Translations under genes and position numbers: made by a program
In this document: in pieces, positions 1-12,400 of the stretch
Layout: each line of letters begins with the position of its first letter
Position numbering within the stretch: the first letter of the stretch is position 1
Assembly: GCF_001447785.1 (NCBI RefSeq)
Contig: NW_015175996.1
Location: 417,458-481,457 of the forward strand
Length of the DNA stretch: 64,000 bases
Direction of reading: 5' to 3'
From: Gekko japonicus
Lineage: Eukaryota
Notes under the pieces: generated by a model
Database searches by the model: none
Seen by the model: the letters and a program-made list of their open reading frames with translations, nothing else
Told to the model about the DNA's origin: nothing

Positions 1-560
1 AGGAGCCCCATCGTAAATGCACCAAACAATTCCTAAAGATTTTCCAAAACACTACTCTGTCGATAAATTGCAACACTTTGAATTAGCACCAAAGCTTTAA
101 GATCTCTCCAGCTGTCACCTGGAGACTGGCAACAGCTTGTCTGGAGTGTGGGCAGTATGGCATTGTATCTGTCTGAGGTCCCCCTCTTCCTCCTCCTCCT
201 CAGATCTCCCCTATGAGGTATGTTATATGCAACTGAAAATTCCAACTGCCTTACGGGGGGAGAGTTTGAGGTGTGGAATGGAGTGAAGTCCAATCAGCTT
301 CCATATGCAAATGACCTTGGAACGCTGGGCGGGACTGCACAAAGCAGCCAGTCAACCCAGCCAGTGTCTTCTGAGTGGCAGTTCTTCCGGCCTAACACTA
401 AAGGGGCCAATTTTAGAACGTTGGTGCCCACTATTCAATTATTATAAGGGAGAGATATCTCCGGTACCTGGCATTACATTTTACGGTACACATGGCATGG
501 CCCAACAAAGTGACATTTATGTCAGATCGGGCCCTCGTAACAAATTAGTTTGACACTACT
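1..560. mobile_element. Right part of a hAT/Charlie-like non-autonomous DNA transposon; left end not seen
   Basis: Ends ...agtttgacactactg (reverse complement CAGTAGTGTCAAAC), similar to hAT CAGGGGTGTCAAAC termini. Left boundary is uncertain. Confidence 0.45.
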
Positions 561-3134
561 GATGTAAACGGCAAGGGGGAATTTGACATAGTGGGAAAGG
601 CATTGGGAGGAGAGATGAAGGCAAAGCCTTACTCCAATATCCTTCAGGATTGGAATCTCATATGTATCTCTAATCCTAAACCCAGACCTCCCTCTTCCTC
701 CCTCTAAGGAACTCTGTATCGTGGTTATTCAGTAAGTGTTGGCTGCCTTAGAACAAAGTTTGAGTTCAGTGGAATCTTTAAGATCAACAAAGTTTAATTT
801 TCGGTATAAAGAAACAGAAACAAAAAAGAAGAAAATAATTTTTTGTTATAGACTTTTTTGTTTAAATGCTGAATGTGTTTTGTAATTATCATAGTTAATA
901 TAAAACCAAAACACCCAATTTTTGTAATTACTATAATTACTAATGAAAGAAACACACAGTCTCATTGTCAAATAGTACTCAAAAGTCTAGAAGAATCGAC
1001 ATATTTATACTTCTACTGTCAGTGTCAAAACAAAGATTGTCCATCAATGCAGCAGAAGCCACACATAGAGAGACAGACTTCCTGGACTGAAACCTGACTG
1101 AAATGCATTTTTTAAAAACCCAAAAAAACTTTCCCTAGTAACTGAATGGAGCTGAGATTTCACTTTCCATTAATCATCTTTTCCAAAAATGAAAATTTTA
1201 TTGTGTGATGTCACCACATTATGCAGTTCCCCAAACTTGCCCAGTGGAATGACGCAGTACGCATTGTGATGGCATCATGTTGTATGTTACTATTAGTACC
1301 TGTTGTATGAGAAAGAAGAGAGAACTTGAGATGGGGTTGCCCATCTTTTCCATGTATAATTCTGCCCAGAGTCAGAAATGGGTTAATTGATACATTCCTG
1401 TTTGATGTGAGGTTTCAATTTTCAATCCAAACCTTTATTATTATGTAGTGTAATTGTAAGTTTACAAATGGCAATGGTGTCAGTCAGTTTTCATAAAAAC
1501 ATAATGGAATTGGAAGCCATGGTGCAAACAACTTGGGTATTGGAATTGATCTACTGAATTTAAAACTAAATGGAAATTCTGGAAAACCTTGGAAATAGAT
1601 GTAAACCTATTTACCTGTGATCCCTGATAGTAAAGTACTGTGGCAAGCAAATCCTTGGCGTACCTATATTTTACATGAGTAGCAAAATGAACGCTGAAAC
1701 ACTTTCAGCTAGCCTCCATTATGAATGTGGCCAGACATCATGTTTATAGACCTCAGTATTCTGAAGTATCAAAACCCAGTATCTATGGAACAAAATTGTG
1801 TGAAACTTGTGTTGTATTTTTGTAACATTACACAGTACACATACACTTGGTAGTACCTTTGTGAAAACTTGCAGGTACAATAGCAAATAAAACTTGTGAA
1901 AAGCTGATCAAAAGGTAACATTTCCAGGGGGGAAAGTGTGACATTGCTTCCAAACTAAACTTACAGTGAATATATTAATTGCTGCTGTATTTAAATAGGT
2001 ATTAGTTTCCAATAAAGTTGACAAAGCAGCAATGAAGTTAGAGATGTTTTAGAACTTGCAAAGATGAAACTTATATGTGTATCTGTCACACTTTATCCTC
2101 ACAGGAATCTTGTGAGATAGCTCAGGATGTATTGCTTATCAAAGAGAACGCTGGCCTTTCTCTCTCTTCCTCTTCCTCTTGGCTACTGAGGGGAAAAAAT
2201 TCCTCTGCCAACCATAGGAGTCCAGAAAATGAATTTTGGGCCATCTTCAAGACAAAACCCGAGAGCCAGAAGAAGGGACAGGATCAGGTATCATCCCAGT
2301 TGATCACACACTGCTCACTGGTGACAATGGCAGTTTTAATGAGGAACTAGCCTTTCTCTTTACTCAACCCATATAATCAGAACCTCAGATCAGTACTTTT
2401 CAGTACCTCTCAATAATTAATACCTCAGAGATCTCAGTAATTAGAAATACTTTAGTGTAAAGAATCTTCCTACCTTATTACTTAAGCTTTAGAAAGAACT
2501 AAAGCCTACATTAGCATTTCCCACTAAAAGTGGGATTCATAGCATTAATACCAAGAATTGGTTTGTCTCTGCCCGCACTGGAGACAGTGAAGACAGGAGG
2601 CTTAATTGGGTAGCTACAATTGAAGTAGCCAATGAGGCTGGATTTTGCCACTTATATTGTGGCCACATCTTCTCTTTGTGGGCTTTCCTGCTAGCTGTTG
2701 AGGAGGATGGTTGGTGCCTTCACTGCTAATGAGCATTGCAGCTCCTTATCTTATTCAAGACCAGATTTAAGAATGTGGTAATTGGCTAATTGTGAGAACC
2801 TGTGCTCAGTCCTGTAACTAGATGGGAGGGGAAAGCAGGAGTGGATGTGTCGTAATAGGTGTCGTAATCAAGCTCCCTGATTGGTTTTGGGAGACTATCT
2901 GGTGCCAGATGGCCAAAGGCCATAATTAAGCCATAGGCAAGAAGAAAACAACGCTAACTTTGCGATTTGACTGGGCAGTGGCTCTGGCTATGTTATGCTT
3001 CATTGTGATGGATTACTGCATAGAGTATGCTTAAGCCTCTAGCTTGGATTCTTCTAAGATCTTCATTGTGATGGATTACTGCATAGAGTCTAGCTTGGAC
3101 TCTTCTAAGGTGTGCCATCTAATACCAGGTAGTA

Positions 3135-3372
3135 AAGTCTCTGGCTCCAGCTCCTGCCAATCTAGCAGTTTGAAAGCAAGAAATTGCAAGTAGATAAATA
3201 GGTAGCGCTTTGGTGGGAAGGTAACAGCATTCCGTGCACCTCGACATTTATTCATGCTGGCCACATGACCATGGAAATGTCTTTGGACAGCGCTGGCTCT
3301 TCGGCTTGGAAACAGAGATGAGCACTGCCCCCTAGAGTCGACTAGCTTTCAAGCAAGGGAAACCTTTACCTT
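3135..3372 (+). mobile_element. Sauria SINE, 5'-truncated
   Basis: Body ccagctcctgccaatctagcagtttgaaagc...gctggccacatgacc...gagatgagcac and an (ACCTTT)n-type tail. Confidence 0.85.
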
Positions 3373-3395
3373 TTTAAAGTTTTAGGTATAAAGTT

Positions 3396-3471
3396 TTCAA
3401 GTCAAGTCAAGTCAGCCTTTATTGGCATATATCAGTAGAACAAAGTATACAAGTAGGACAAAGTATACAAG
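3396..3471 (-). mobile_element. Very short 3' tail of a non-LTR element
   Basis: Minus strand reads AATAAA then (CTTGA)n. Flanked by 13-bp TSD taggtataaagtt at 3383-3395 and 3472-3484. Confidence 0.65.
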
Positions 3472-3904
3472 TAGGTATAAAGTTAGCTATCATTGTTTTC
3501 TTGCTATGAGATTGCAGAGACTGTGTTGCCTAGTGGTATTGTTTTGTTAAATATTTAATAAACCTTTCTACATTTTACAGAGGTCTGGTTTCTTGTGTGC
3601 ATATAGCCTTGAGGACCCACAGGTCTGAGCACAGCTTACTAACCCAAGGGGTAGTGGCTCAGGGGGACCCAAGCTTGGGACCTTCACATCTAGGCCTGTA
3701 GCTACAGTGGGGCATCTTGGGGCCTGGCCCCCTGACTTCCTGTCAAGTCCCCACGACTTCCTTCCAGACCCCAGGCTGCCTGGAGAACTACTGACTCTCT
3801 GGGCCACCCAGAGGATTCCCCACCACCTACCCTTCCCCAAGCATGGCTTGCTTCTCCACGTAGGCAGGAAGAGTGCAAACACTGCAAAAGTGAGGGTTGT
3901 TTAA

Positions 3905-4490
3905 AAAATTAATAATAGTTTTTTATTATATCACAAATCAACATATAAAACAGACACACAAACATATATTACATACAAATTGGGGGTCTTCTGAATCTAT
4001 ATAATAATAACCTGTTCAGTTACTTCTTACAGTGTCCACTTGGTTATTAAAACATATACCATAGAGCAAAAAATCTTTTACCTATAAAGTCTGTGTATAT
4101 TTATAGGTGATATATCTCTAATATATGTTATGGAGTTGTATAGTTCATTTGTTGTAGTTTTCCAACCAAGTATAAAATCTCGACCATGTATTCTGAAATT
4201 TTTTCTTCTTGTCCTCTCAAAAATAAGGTTCATTTGTCCATCTCTGCTGTTTCCAAAATTTTACTTATAATTTCTTCTTTTGAAGGTATTTCATCTTTTC
4301 TCCAGTATTTGGCATATAATATTCTCGCGGTGGTTAATGCATGTATACAGAGATAAAAATCATCCTTTTTACAACTTTCTGGTCTTACATTCAATATAAA
4401 TACTTCAGGAATAAAAAATATAATACAATTCAACATTTTTTGTAACATTCCATTAATCCAGGCCCAATGTTTTCTAACTATATCACATGA
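3905..4490 (-). mobile_element. L1/Tx1-clade LINE 3' fragment (ORF2 C-terminus, 3'UTR, A-rich tail)
   Basis: ORF 4230-4448 (TARILYAKYWRKDEIPSKEEIISKI) resembles an L1 ORF2 C-terminus. AATAAA and A-rich tail near 3905-3930 on the minus strand. Confidence 0.75.
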
Positions 4491-4538
4491 TGAGTTTTTA
4501 AATTTTTTATCTTATTTTTGTGCCCCCTGACTTATTTA

Positions 4539-4870
4539 AGGTAAAGGTAAAGGTTCCCTTGCTCGAAAGCCAGTCGAATCCGACTCTAGGGTTCGGTGCT
4601 CATCTCCGTTTCAAAGCCAAAGAGCCAGCGCTGTCCGAAGACATTTCCGTGGTCATGTGGCCGGCATGACTAAACACCAAGGTGCACAGAATGCTGTTAC
4701 CTTCCCACCGAAGTGGTACCTGTTTATCTACTTGCAATTTCTTGCTTTCGAACTGCTAGGTTGGCAGGAGCTGGAACTAGAGACGGGAGCTCACTCCGTC
4801 ATGCGGCACACTCGGGTCTTGAACTGCTGAACTACTGACCTTCCACAGCCTGCAGTTCAGCGTCTTAACC
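4539..4870 (-). mobile_element. Sauria SINE, near full length
   Basis: aaggtaaaggtaaagg tail; reverse complement of the 3135-3372 copy; tRNA-like head near 4870. Confidence 0.9.
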
Positions 4871-5665
4871 CCCCCCAAATTACAAAATCCTGGCTACGGG
4901 CCTGTTCACATCCCATATTTCCCTTCCTTTTATTGTTTGGTATATATATATTTTTGTGTGGGGAGCAAATAAAATAAAGGTCCTGAAAAAAAAAAGTACT
5001 AGGAGACAAAGAGTACATCTGGGGGGTGGGGGTTGCTGTTGGGAGCTTATGTTCACTAATTCCATAAGGACAATGAGTAGTTGATGAGAAAGTCTACTGA
5101 GCCATGGCTTATCAAATAAAATACACATAAAAGAAAAGATACAGAGCATTCTTTGGGGGAGGCTGTTGCTTGTAGCAGCAGCTGTGTTCCAGGTTTTCAC
5201 TTTTAGGCCAATTGGGGTTTTTTGCAAGTTCATGGCTCCAAATAAGGCCCAACGGAAAGGGGGTCTGGCCAAATGGCCACCTCCTAAGAGGCCTGCCATT
5301 CTGTTGCCTTCTTATGAGGAGGAATCTGTTGCAGATCTGATTGTGCACACTGAAGTTTTGGAACAGGCAGCTAGGCAATCTCGGGTTTACACTAGCCAAA
5401 CAGCCGGTATGGCTCCAAAGCCTTGTAAATATTCCAAGTGAGGCTAACATACTTCTCAATTACTCACTAGGGTAACTGGAGTCTGGCCTGATGGTGGCAT
5501 CAGTTTGCACTACATAGGCAGAAACCTTGGAATCATCTTAGCTTGTGGCTAGGTGGTCTCCACCAGCAACTGTAGGATCTGCTAGTACTGCAGTGGCACT
5601 GTCTGTAAGGTTGGGGCCTGGTGCATTTACATTTGGCCATGTTGAGGTACAGCAGCCCCCCCCTC

Positions 5666-6345
5666 TTTTTTAAAAGATGTTTTAAATTGCATTTTCTAAA
5701 CTAAACCTCTATGGGGCCAGGGGAAGGGAATAACCTAAAACTGCGAGTAACAAGATTAATTTTGAATTAATCGATGTTTCCCTAATAGAAAAACGGTAAT
5801 ACATGAGAGTTATTGCAATAAAATTGTAGAGAATAAAGCGAGCATTCAAAAACAGATTTGACTAAAGTGTAAGCTTCTTAGCTTACAGTTACTGTTTAAT
5901 AATAGGTATCAGACAATCAGAGTTGCATTATTATACTTATTTTCTACCTTTACATTTCTTTTCAAACTCCCTTTTAGTTTTAGGAGGCTTAGGAGCCATA
6001 GCCCCTAATTCTGCTTCAGAGTCCAAGGATTCAGCTGATGAGAAGTTCTTAGAACTTTCTTCATTTTCGTCTTCTTCATTTTCTGAATCTTTATCGTCCT
6101 CCAATTTCTCAGGTCCATCTTTATCTTCTTGTTGTTGCTCAAGAAATTTTTTTGCTTTAAGAACAGAGTCAATCTTTTCTTTCTTCCTGTTGAAGTTGAA
6201 AATAATGCCTTCCAGTGTAATCCATCTGTAAGGGGTGTTATGCTTTTGCAAAAACAATGCCAAGTCTCTGTACTGTTGTCTTCTTTTTCTGATCTCAAAT
6301 GGAATGTCTTTTAAGGTTTTGACTTGTTCTCCTTGGATTTTCAAA
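5666..6345 (-). mobile_element. 5'-truncated L1-ORF1-only (HAL1-like) element
   Basis: ORF 5937-6344 is an L1 ORF1 C-terminal domain (KDIPFEIRKRRQQY...YRW), followed by ~270 bp UTR and an A-rich tail. TSD acagcagccc..ctctt at ~5649-5667 and 6346-6361. Confidence 0.75.
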
Positions 6346-7523
6346 ACAGCAGCCCTCTCTTGAGTGTGCTATATCTATATCCACACAGGACACTGACTGG
6401 GCTGATAGGGTGCCAGCCTTCAGGGTAATGAATGGGTGGCTGGACCTTGAGAAGGCTACAGGTTGTTCCTGCCTTGGGGGCAATCCTATTGGCCCCTGCA
6501 GCAGATGGTCTTCCCAAAAGGGTCATGTAGGGATGTTTGAAACAGCATGTTCCAGTTTCGGAGCCCAAACAACCTCCATATGGGGATACCTGGCCTGTTA
6601 GCAAGCCTGATGGCAAAGACAGGACATCAGTTAGTCCTGTTGAAGCACTACTTCTATGGAGAGTGCTCATTGCCTTTAGGCACTTCTTATCTGCAACTAA
6701 AATAAAAATGTGTTGTGGGGAGTACGTGGATCTCTTGTTATTCTTTAGGGAGCCAAAGGTCATGGAGGAAGGTAAAGAGGAAAATAGGGATAGGGAGAAG
6801 ATCAGGGAACAGCCTGCTGACTGCACCTGGGACATCTGGCCATCTGGGTATACTGTATATATAGCATTTGTCAATCAAATCCATCAGGTGAGAGCACTAG
6901 CTTTAAACTAATATTTACATGCTATTCATTGGGCATAGGGAGAATATGCATAGTCTGCATGGCCGCATTGTGACAAAACATTTAGAATGTGCATGGCACT
7001 GGCACTGGACCCTGAGCTGGCATGTGCTTAAGAAAACAAACAGCACTGGTCTCAGTGCTTGGGACCAGTGAGGCCTTTATCTGGGAGGTACTCTGATAGC
7101 AAGCACCTTATCTCCATGGGGATGCCAGAGCTGTACTCTGTTCCTGGCAGCAGGCAGTTGGTTCAACCCTGGCTGCTCTGCTGGGTATTTGATAGTGCTG
7201 GGGGCTGCAGTAAGAACTTGTGTAGGTTCAAACATGCCTACAACTGGTGTGGGCATAACCACCTTGGATCAGTTTGCCCAAGATTCAGAGGGGACCAAGG
7301 TGAGGGCAACCCCACAGGTAGCTGGATAGGTAGTTCAGGGGGCAGACTTCGAAAAGATACCCAGCCCAATTCAGCTTGAAGGGCTTCATTGGTGGTTGGA
7401 CTGCTACCCTAATAGGGTTGATGTAGTTAATTTAGTGATAGGATTTAAGGAGGGTTTTAGGATACCTTACTCAGGCCCTAGGCGATTTTATAAAACAAGA
7501 CATTTGAACAGGTAGATTAGAAC

Positions 7524-7745
7524 AGGGTTGCCAGAATGAGAGTTTGGGAATAAGACTAGGAATAAGGCCCCTATGGAAATAAATACAGTGAGATCTAGAA
7601 GGAGCCTCTGGGTGGGTGCCCTGGCCATGGGCACTCAATGTCAATTTGCTGTGTCAAACTCAGCAGGGTATAATGACACAGAGCCCACCGTTTTCTCCAG
7701 GGGAACTGATCTCTGCCATCTGAAGAGCAGCTGTAATTCTGAGTA
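7524..7745. mobile_element. Partial TAGGGTTGCCA-family hAT-like MITE
   Basis: cagggttgccag start, plus ttttctccaggggaactgatctctg...agctgtaattc shared with the copies at 22013, 37227, 44737 and 46943. Confidence 0.55.
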
Positions 7746-7748
7746 CTC

Positions 7749-9620
7749 TCTTTTTTTATATAATAATTTTTATTTGCTAGTTTAAGTGTATATTAACATT
7801 GTTCCATTGTTTCATTTTGGGTATTTTAACATTTTCTCCCTAGTCCCTCCCCCCTCAGTCTAATCTTCTTTCAGCCTGGAGCACAGAGCTTGTAGCTTCT
7901 TTCTGTTCCTCTTTTATCCAGTTCAAATATAGGGACCATTTTCCCTTGATCCGTGATGTTCTGACCTCCCATGGCAGATCCTGGTTGATTGTAGCTATTA
8001 TATCTGACTGGACAAATTCAAACAGGTTCTTTCTGTCCATTTGCTTTTATCTTTCCACCCTATTGCTATTACTGCTTTACCGGCTAGTATCATTGCTTTC
8101 AATAAATCTTGGTTCTTTTTCTNNNNNNNNNNNNNNNNNNNNNNNNNNNNNNNNNNNNNNNNNNNNNNNNNNNNNNNNNNNNNNNNNNAAAGCTCATCTA
8201 GTACTCTTAATATAATTTTCCATATTTTTTTTTTGCCTCGTGGCATTCCCACCACATGTGGGAGTAACATCCTTTCGCACTTTTACAATGCCAACAATTT
8301 GGGCTTAGTCCTGAAAGCATGTTAGCTAAGGTGGCTGGGGTTCTGTACCATTTGGTGTAGAATTTTAGTTCCAATTCCCTAAACTTATGTATTTTTATTC
8401 CCTTAATTCATTCCATTAATTTTTTTGCTTTTTGTTCTGTTATTAAAGTTTCTGTACTCCATTTTCCTCGAAGGTGACCTATTATTCCTTCTTTATCTGA
8501 GGTCATTTTCTTAGATATTACTCCTGCTATTCCTTTTTTAGTTTTCTTCATTAATTTATATATCTCTTCTATCAGTTCTTCTACATCTATGTTGCTATTT
8601 TCAATTATCTTTTTAATTTTTGTATGTAAGCCTGCAAATTTTAACCAGTGTTTTGCACCTACTTCCTCTTCTAGAACTTGGAGTGGTTTTAAAATATTCG
8701 CATACAACAAATCCTGTATTCTACTGTATCCTTTTCGTTTAAGTAATTCCCACCGTCTGTAATCTGTGCCTTCCTCTTCTAGAGTTTCTAGTGGTGCCCA
8801 TCTAGATGTTCGTTTTAACCATTTTGACTGCCACTTCCTCCAAACTATTAATGTACTTTCCCTAGGTCCTGTATTCAATTTAAAATTTTTGGCCTGTTTG
8901 TTTGTGAAGATGCCAAATCTTCATACTCCTTTATTCACTTCGTTTTCAAACCTAATGCATTTCTGATTTCCTTCTTCTTCTATTTCTAGTAATGCTTTTA
9001 GCTGAAAGGCTTCGTAATAACTTATTATGTCTGGTACTCCCCATCCTAGTTCTGAATTATGATTATATACTAACTTTTTTGCAGTTCTAAATTTTTTGCT
9101 ATCAAAAATCCATTCTCTTATTTTTGTGTTCCAACTGCCCATTTTTTGTTTATTAATTGTTAATGGTATTGTTTGAAATAAATATAGTAGTCTTGGTATC
9201 CAAAACATTTTAACACTTTTTACTCTGGCTGTTATACTCAGGGTTTTCCTTTTCCATCCCTTCATATCTCTTAATATCTTCTCCCATATCTTTTTGTAGT
9301 TTCCCCCCCCACTATCTTATTAATGTTTTTGTATATTTCTATTCCCAAACATTTAAATTTCTTAGCTCCCATTCCTATTTTGGTTAATTTATTAATTTCC
9401 TTCCTTTCCTCCAATTTAACATTATAATACACTATTTCTGATTTCCCTATATTAATTCTTAATCCTGATAACGCTTCAAAATCTTCTAATATAACTTTCA
9501 ATTCTTTAATTCCCTCTTTAGGGTTGGACATAATTATAATTATGTCATCTGCAAATAGGTTAATTTTCATCTCTTCTTTACCCAGTCCTCCATCCTTCTA
9601 TTCGCAATTACTCTTAAGAG
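7749..9620 (-). mobile_element. L1 ORF2 3' half (end of RT through C-terminus), disrupted
   Basis: ORFs 9271-9570 (INLFADD), 8921-9265 (VKMFWIPRLLYLFQTIP), 8408-8878 and 7998-8270. Poly(T) and TTTATT on the plus strand at ~7750-7775. Confidence 0.9.
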
Positions 9621-9698
9621 GAGGTTGATGGGTCAATGGCTGATGGAACACACAGCACAGCCAAGGGGAGATCTGGAAATGGCCAAAATGTCAAGAGA

Positions 9699-9700
<2 letters not shown>

Positions 9701-9729
<29 letters not shown>
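9701..9729. repeat. (TG)n microsatellite
   Basis: Direct observation. Confidence 0.95.
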
Positions 9730-9731
<2 letters not shown>

Positions 9732-10394
9732 GATAAGCTGGCATCTTTGGGGTTTGTTTTTTTTTGCAGGTGTGAACATATCAAGAAGCTGAATCAGGGT
9801 GCCTGTGATGGGGCATTCCATCATCTTCTGGGCAAGCAAGAGATGGAATCACAGTTGGGGTTCTATCCCATGGTCAGCATCCAAAGAAAGAGCCTTTGAG
9901 GTATGTTATGGAGCTAGCTTTTGCCTTCCCTCCACCACATTTTGAGGGAGAGCAGGCATCCGAACTGTCTCATCTTGAATCTGGGTGAAAATGACCTGGT
10001 GCAGACAAAATGAATGGCTTTAACATGGAAAATTCTTAGGGATTTAAGATTTTAAAATGTTTTTATGACCATTTCAGTTTGGTCGAATTCCCTTCAGCGG
10101 GGGATCGAGCTTTGGGGCCAACATTAACAACACAGTACAGAGGGCAATTTTAGTTAGTGGAGGTGCATGAGTATTGCACAATTCCATTACATACAATATG
10201 CCACACCTGTATAGGGATGATGGCATGTATCTTTCACAAAAAGGCTTTTAGATCTGTGTCAGGGCCTCCAGGACATTATAGTCGGCAGGTGGAGCAAAGG
10301 GTGTTAAGGCAGGCTAATCCTCTTATGTAGCAGAGATAGGGTGGCTAATCATGAGAGGGATCATTGGCAAGCACCTTGGGGCATCAGCAGTGGG

Positions 10395-10590
10395 GAGGGG
10401 TTGTGGCTCAGCAGTAGAGGATCTGCTTGGCATGCAGAAGGTCCCAGATTGAATCCCTGGCATCTCCAGTTAAAAGGACCAGGCAGTAAGGGATGTCAAA
10501 GACCTCTGCCTGAGACCTTGGAGAGCTGCTGCCAATCTGAGTAGGCAACACTGACTTGATGATTCAGTATAAGGCAGCTTCATGTGTTCA
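10395..10590 (+). mobile_element. tRNA-derived SINE with CR1-like tail
   Basis: A-box gtggctcagcagtaga, B-box-like gattgaatccc, tail gattcagtataaggcagcttcatgtgttc. Confidence 0.8.
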
Positions 10591-11143
10591 AGGGAATATT
10601 TGAAATGGGACATCACTGGCCGTGCAGCAGGGTGCAGCTGGGAAGGAGTGCTGAGCAGACAATGTGCAACAGGCTTCCCTCCACCACATTTTGAGGGAGA
10701 GCAGGCATCCGAACTGTCTCATCTTGAATCTGGGTGAAAATGACCTGGTGCAGACAAAATGAATGGCTTTAACATGGAAAATTCTTAGGGATTTAAGATT
10801 TTAAAATGTTTTTATGACCATTTCAGTTTGGTCGAATTCCCTTCAGCGGGGGATCGAGCTTTGGGGCCAACATTAACAACACAGTACAGAGGGCAATTTT
10901 AGTTAGTGGAGGTGCATGAGTATTGCACAATTCCATTACATACAATATGCCACACCTGTATAGGGATGATGGCATGTATCTTTCACAAAAAGGCTTTTAG
11001 ATCTGTGTCAGGGCCTCCAGGACATTATAGTCGGCAGGTGGAGCAAAGGGTGTTAAGGCAGGCTAATCCTCTTATGTAGCAGAGATAGGGTGGCTAACCA
11101 TGAGAGGGATCATTGGCAAGCACCTTGGGGCATCAGCAGTGGG

Positions 11144-11339
11144 GAGGGGTTGTGGCTCAGCAGTAGAGGATCTGCTTGGCATGCAGAAGGTCCCAGATTG
11201 AATCCCTGGCATCTCCAGTTAAAAGGACCAGGCAGTAAGGGATGTCAAAGACCTCTGCCTGAGACCTTGGAGAGCTGCTGCCAATCTGAGTAGGCAACAC
11301 TGACTTGATGATTCAGTATAAGGCAGCTTCATGTGTTCA
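11144..11339 (+). mobile_element. Duplicate of the tRNA-derived SINE at 10395
   Basis: Lies inside the 749-bp duplication. Confidence 0.8.
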
Positions 11340-11783
11340 AGGGAATATTTGAAATGGGACATCACTGGCCGTGCAGCAGGGTGCAGCTGGGAAGGAGTGC
11401 TGAGCAGACAATGTGCAACAGGGATTTGACCAGCAATTTAAGTTGGTTTTGGGACCCCACTGCTGCCTTTCTGCAGATGGGCCATCCCATGCCCCCTTTG
11501 TAATAATGTAAGACTAGCTAGTCACCATTAACAGGGCAAGCAGGGTTTATGGAGGGCATCCTTTAGATTGGCAATAAAATTGACTTTTTTGCTCCACATT
11601 GTTCCAGGATTGGTGATTGTAATCTGTCCTTGTCTAAGGACTGGTTAAGATGTACCTAGGTAGACAGTGATGGGGTGGCTCACTACAGTACAGGTAGTGT
11701 CTAAAAATGGGGAAGGTCTTTCCATGAATAAAGATGGGGAGGGGCTGTTCATCACTGACTTGAGCAGCAGGGTGGGTTCAGGA

Positions 11784-12210
11784 TGTTGGAAATGTATGTG
11801 TTTACAAGGTCTGACAATCCAGTCATTATAGGGTTAACTTGTTTACCTGGTATTGTTATTGTTTAGACTGACCTGGAAGGGAAACCTGGCACAGAGCCAA
11901 TGGGGAATTAGCCCGGAAAAGTAACTTCTGTTGTGATAAGTGATTGGTTGTTTGTTCCAGGTGACTTCCCTTCTAGGGGTCGAGAAGAAGGACAGATTCT
12001 CCATTATCTCTGTGTTAGTGTGTGACTATGTTTTGAGAAGTAAGCAGTAGAAAATGTAGCTCTTAGATGTTCTTTTTATTTGTAGGTTTCCTGTGCACCT
12101 TTATCCTTCGAAATAAAGGTTTTTAAATGGAAAGAAATCTCTTCTTTCCAATAGAGCAAGATCCATTGATACTCTGAGTAATTTAAATACTTTTCACTAT
12201 TTTTACAACA
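11784..12210 (+). mobile_element. Solo LTR (427 bp)
   Basis: TGTTG...CAACA termini, 5-bp TSD cagga (11779-11783, 12211-12215), AATAAA at ~12112. Homologous to 25017-25700. Confidence 0.85.
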
Positions 12211-12400
12211 CAGGAAGGAACACATTTGGTGCTGAGCAGCATCAGCCAAGCCCTTAGTTACTCTAGCAGCTCATGGAGGGACAGAGTTGAGGCTTAACAC
12301 ACTTCTGCATTGTTTCATGTGCAGGCTAGGACAAATGAAGCTGGTGAGAATATTAGCAGAGTTTGGAGCCATGGTGTGTTGGCCACAAAATGCTGGCAGT

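Larger units (their letters stand above)
3691..4904. mobile_element. hAT-like MITE hosting an L1 fragment and a Sauria SINE
   Basis: TIRs taggcctgtagc...gctacgggcctg. Perfect 8-bp TSD ttcacatc at 3683-3690 and 4905-4912. Confidence 0.8.
9925..11422 (+). repeat. 749-bp near-perfect tandem duplication (9925-10673 / 10674-11422)
   Basis: Identical ORFs at 10341 and 11090 (offset 749). I noticed only one substitution (10349 t versus 11098 c). Confidence 0.95.
5200..11640 (+). mobile_element. Decayed Ngaro/DIRS-type (tyrosine-recombinase) retrotransposon, interrupted by later insertions
   Basis: ORF1 remnants W..GYTVY....Q.RALAL..Y and CWVFDSAGGCSKNLCRFKHAYNWCGHNHLGSVC (~7175-7280). RT-ORF start YPN...GFKEGFRIPYSGP (~7405-7480). 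SGNH blocks VMGHSIIFWA (~9805), LNLGENDL (~9975), YRDDGMYLS (~10210). Boundaries are approximate. Confidence 0.65.

Noticed and set aside
2998-3110. Short tandem duplications (also 14472-14557, 58267-58346, 61368-61413)
   Set aside because: Ordinary two-copy slippage duplications with no spacers; not CRISPR-like.
2790-3688. Possible LTRs here and at 24295-24962, 27594-30019 and 41561-41940
   Set aside because: LTR-like composition and TG/CA ends, but no TSD could be confirmed, so they were not called.
10395-10465. tRNA-like and 5S-like sequences (also 53418, 45411, 61278)
   Set aside because: They are degenerate and attached to SINE bodies, so they are not functional RNA genes.
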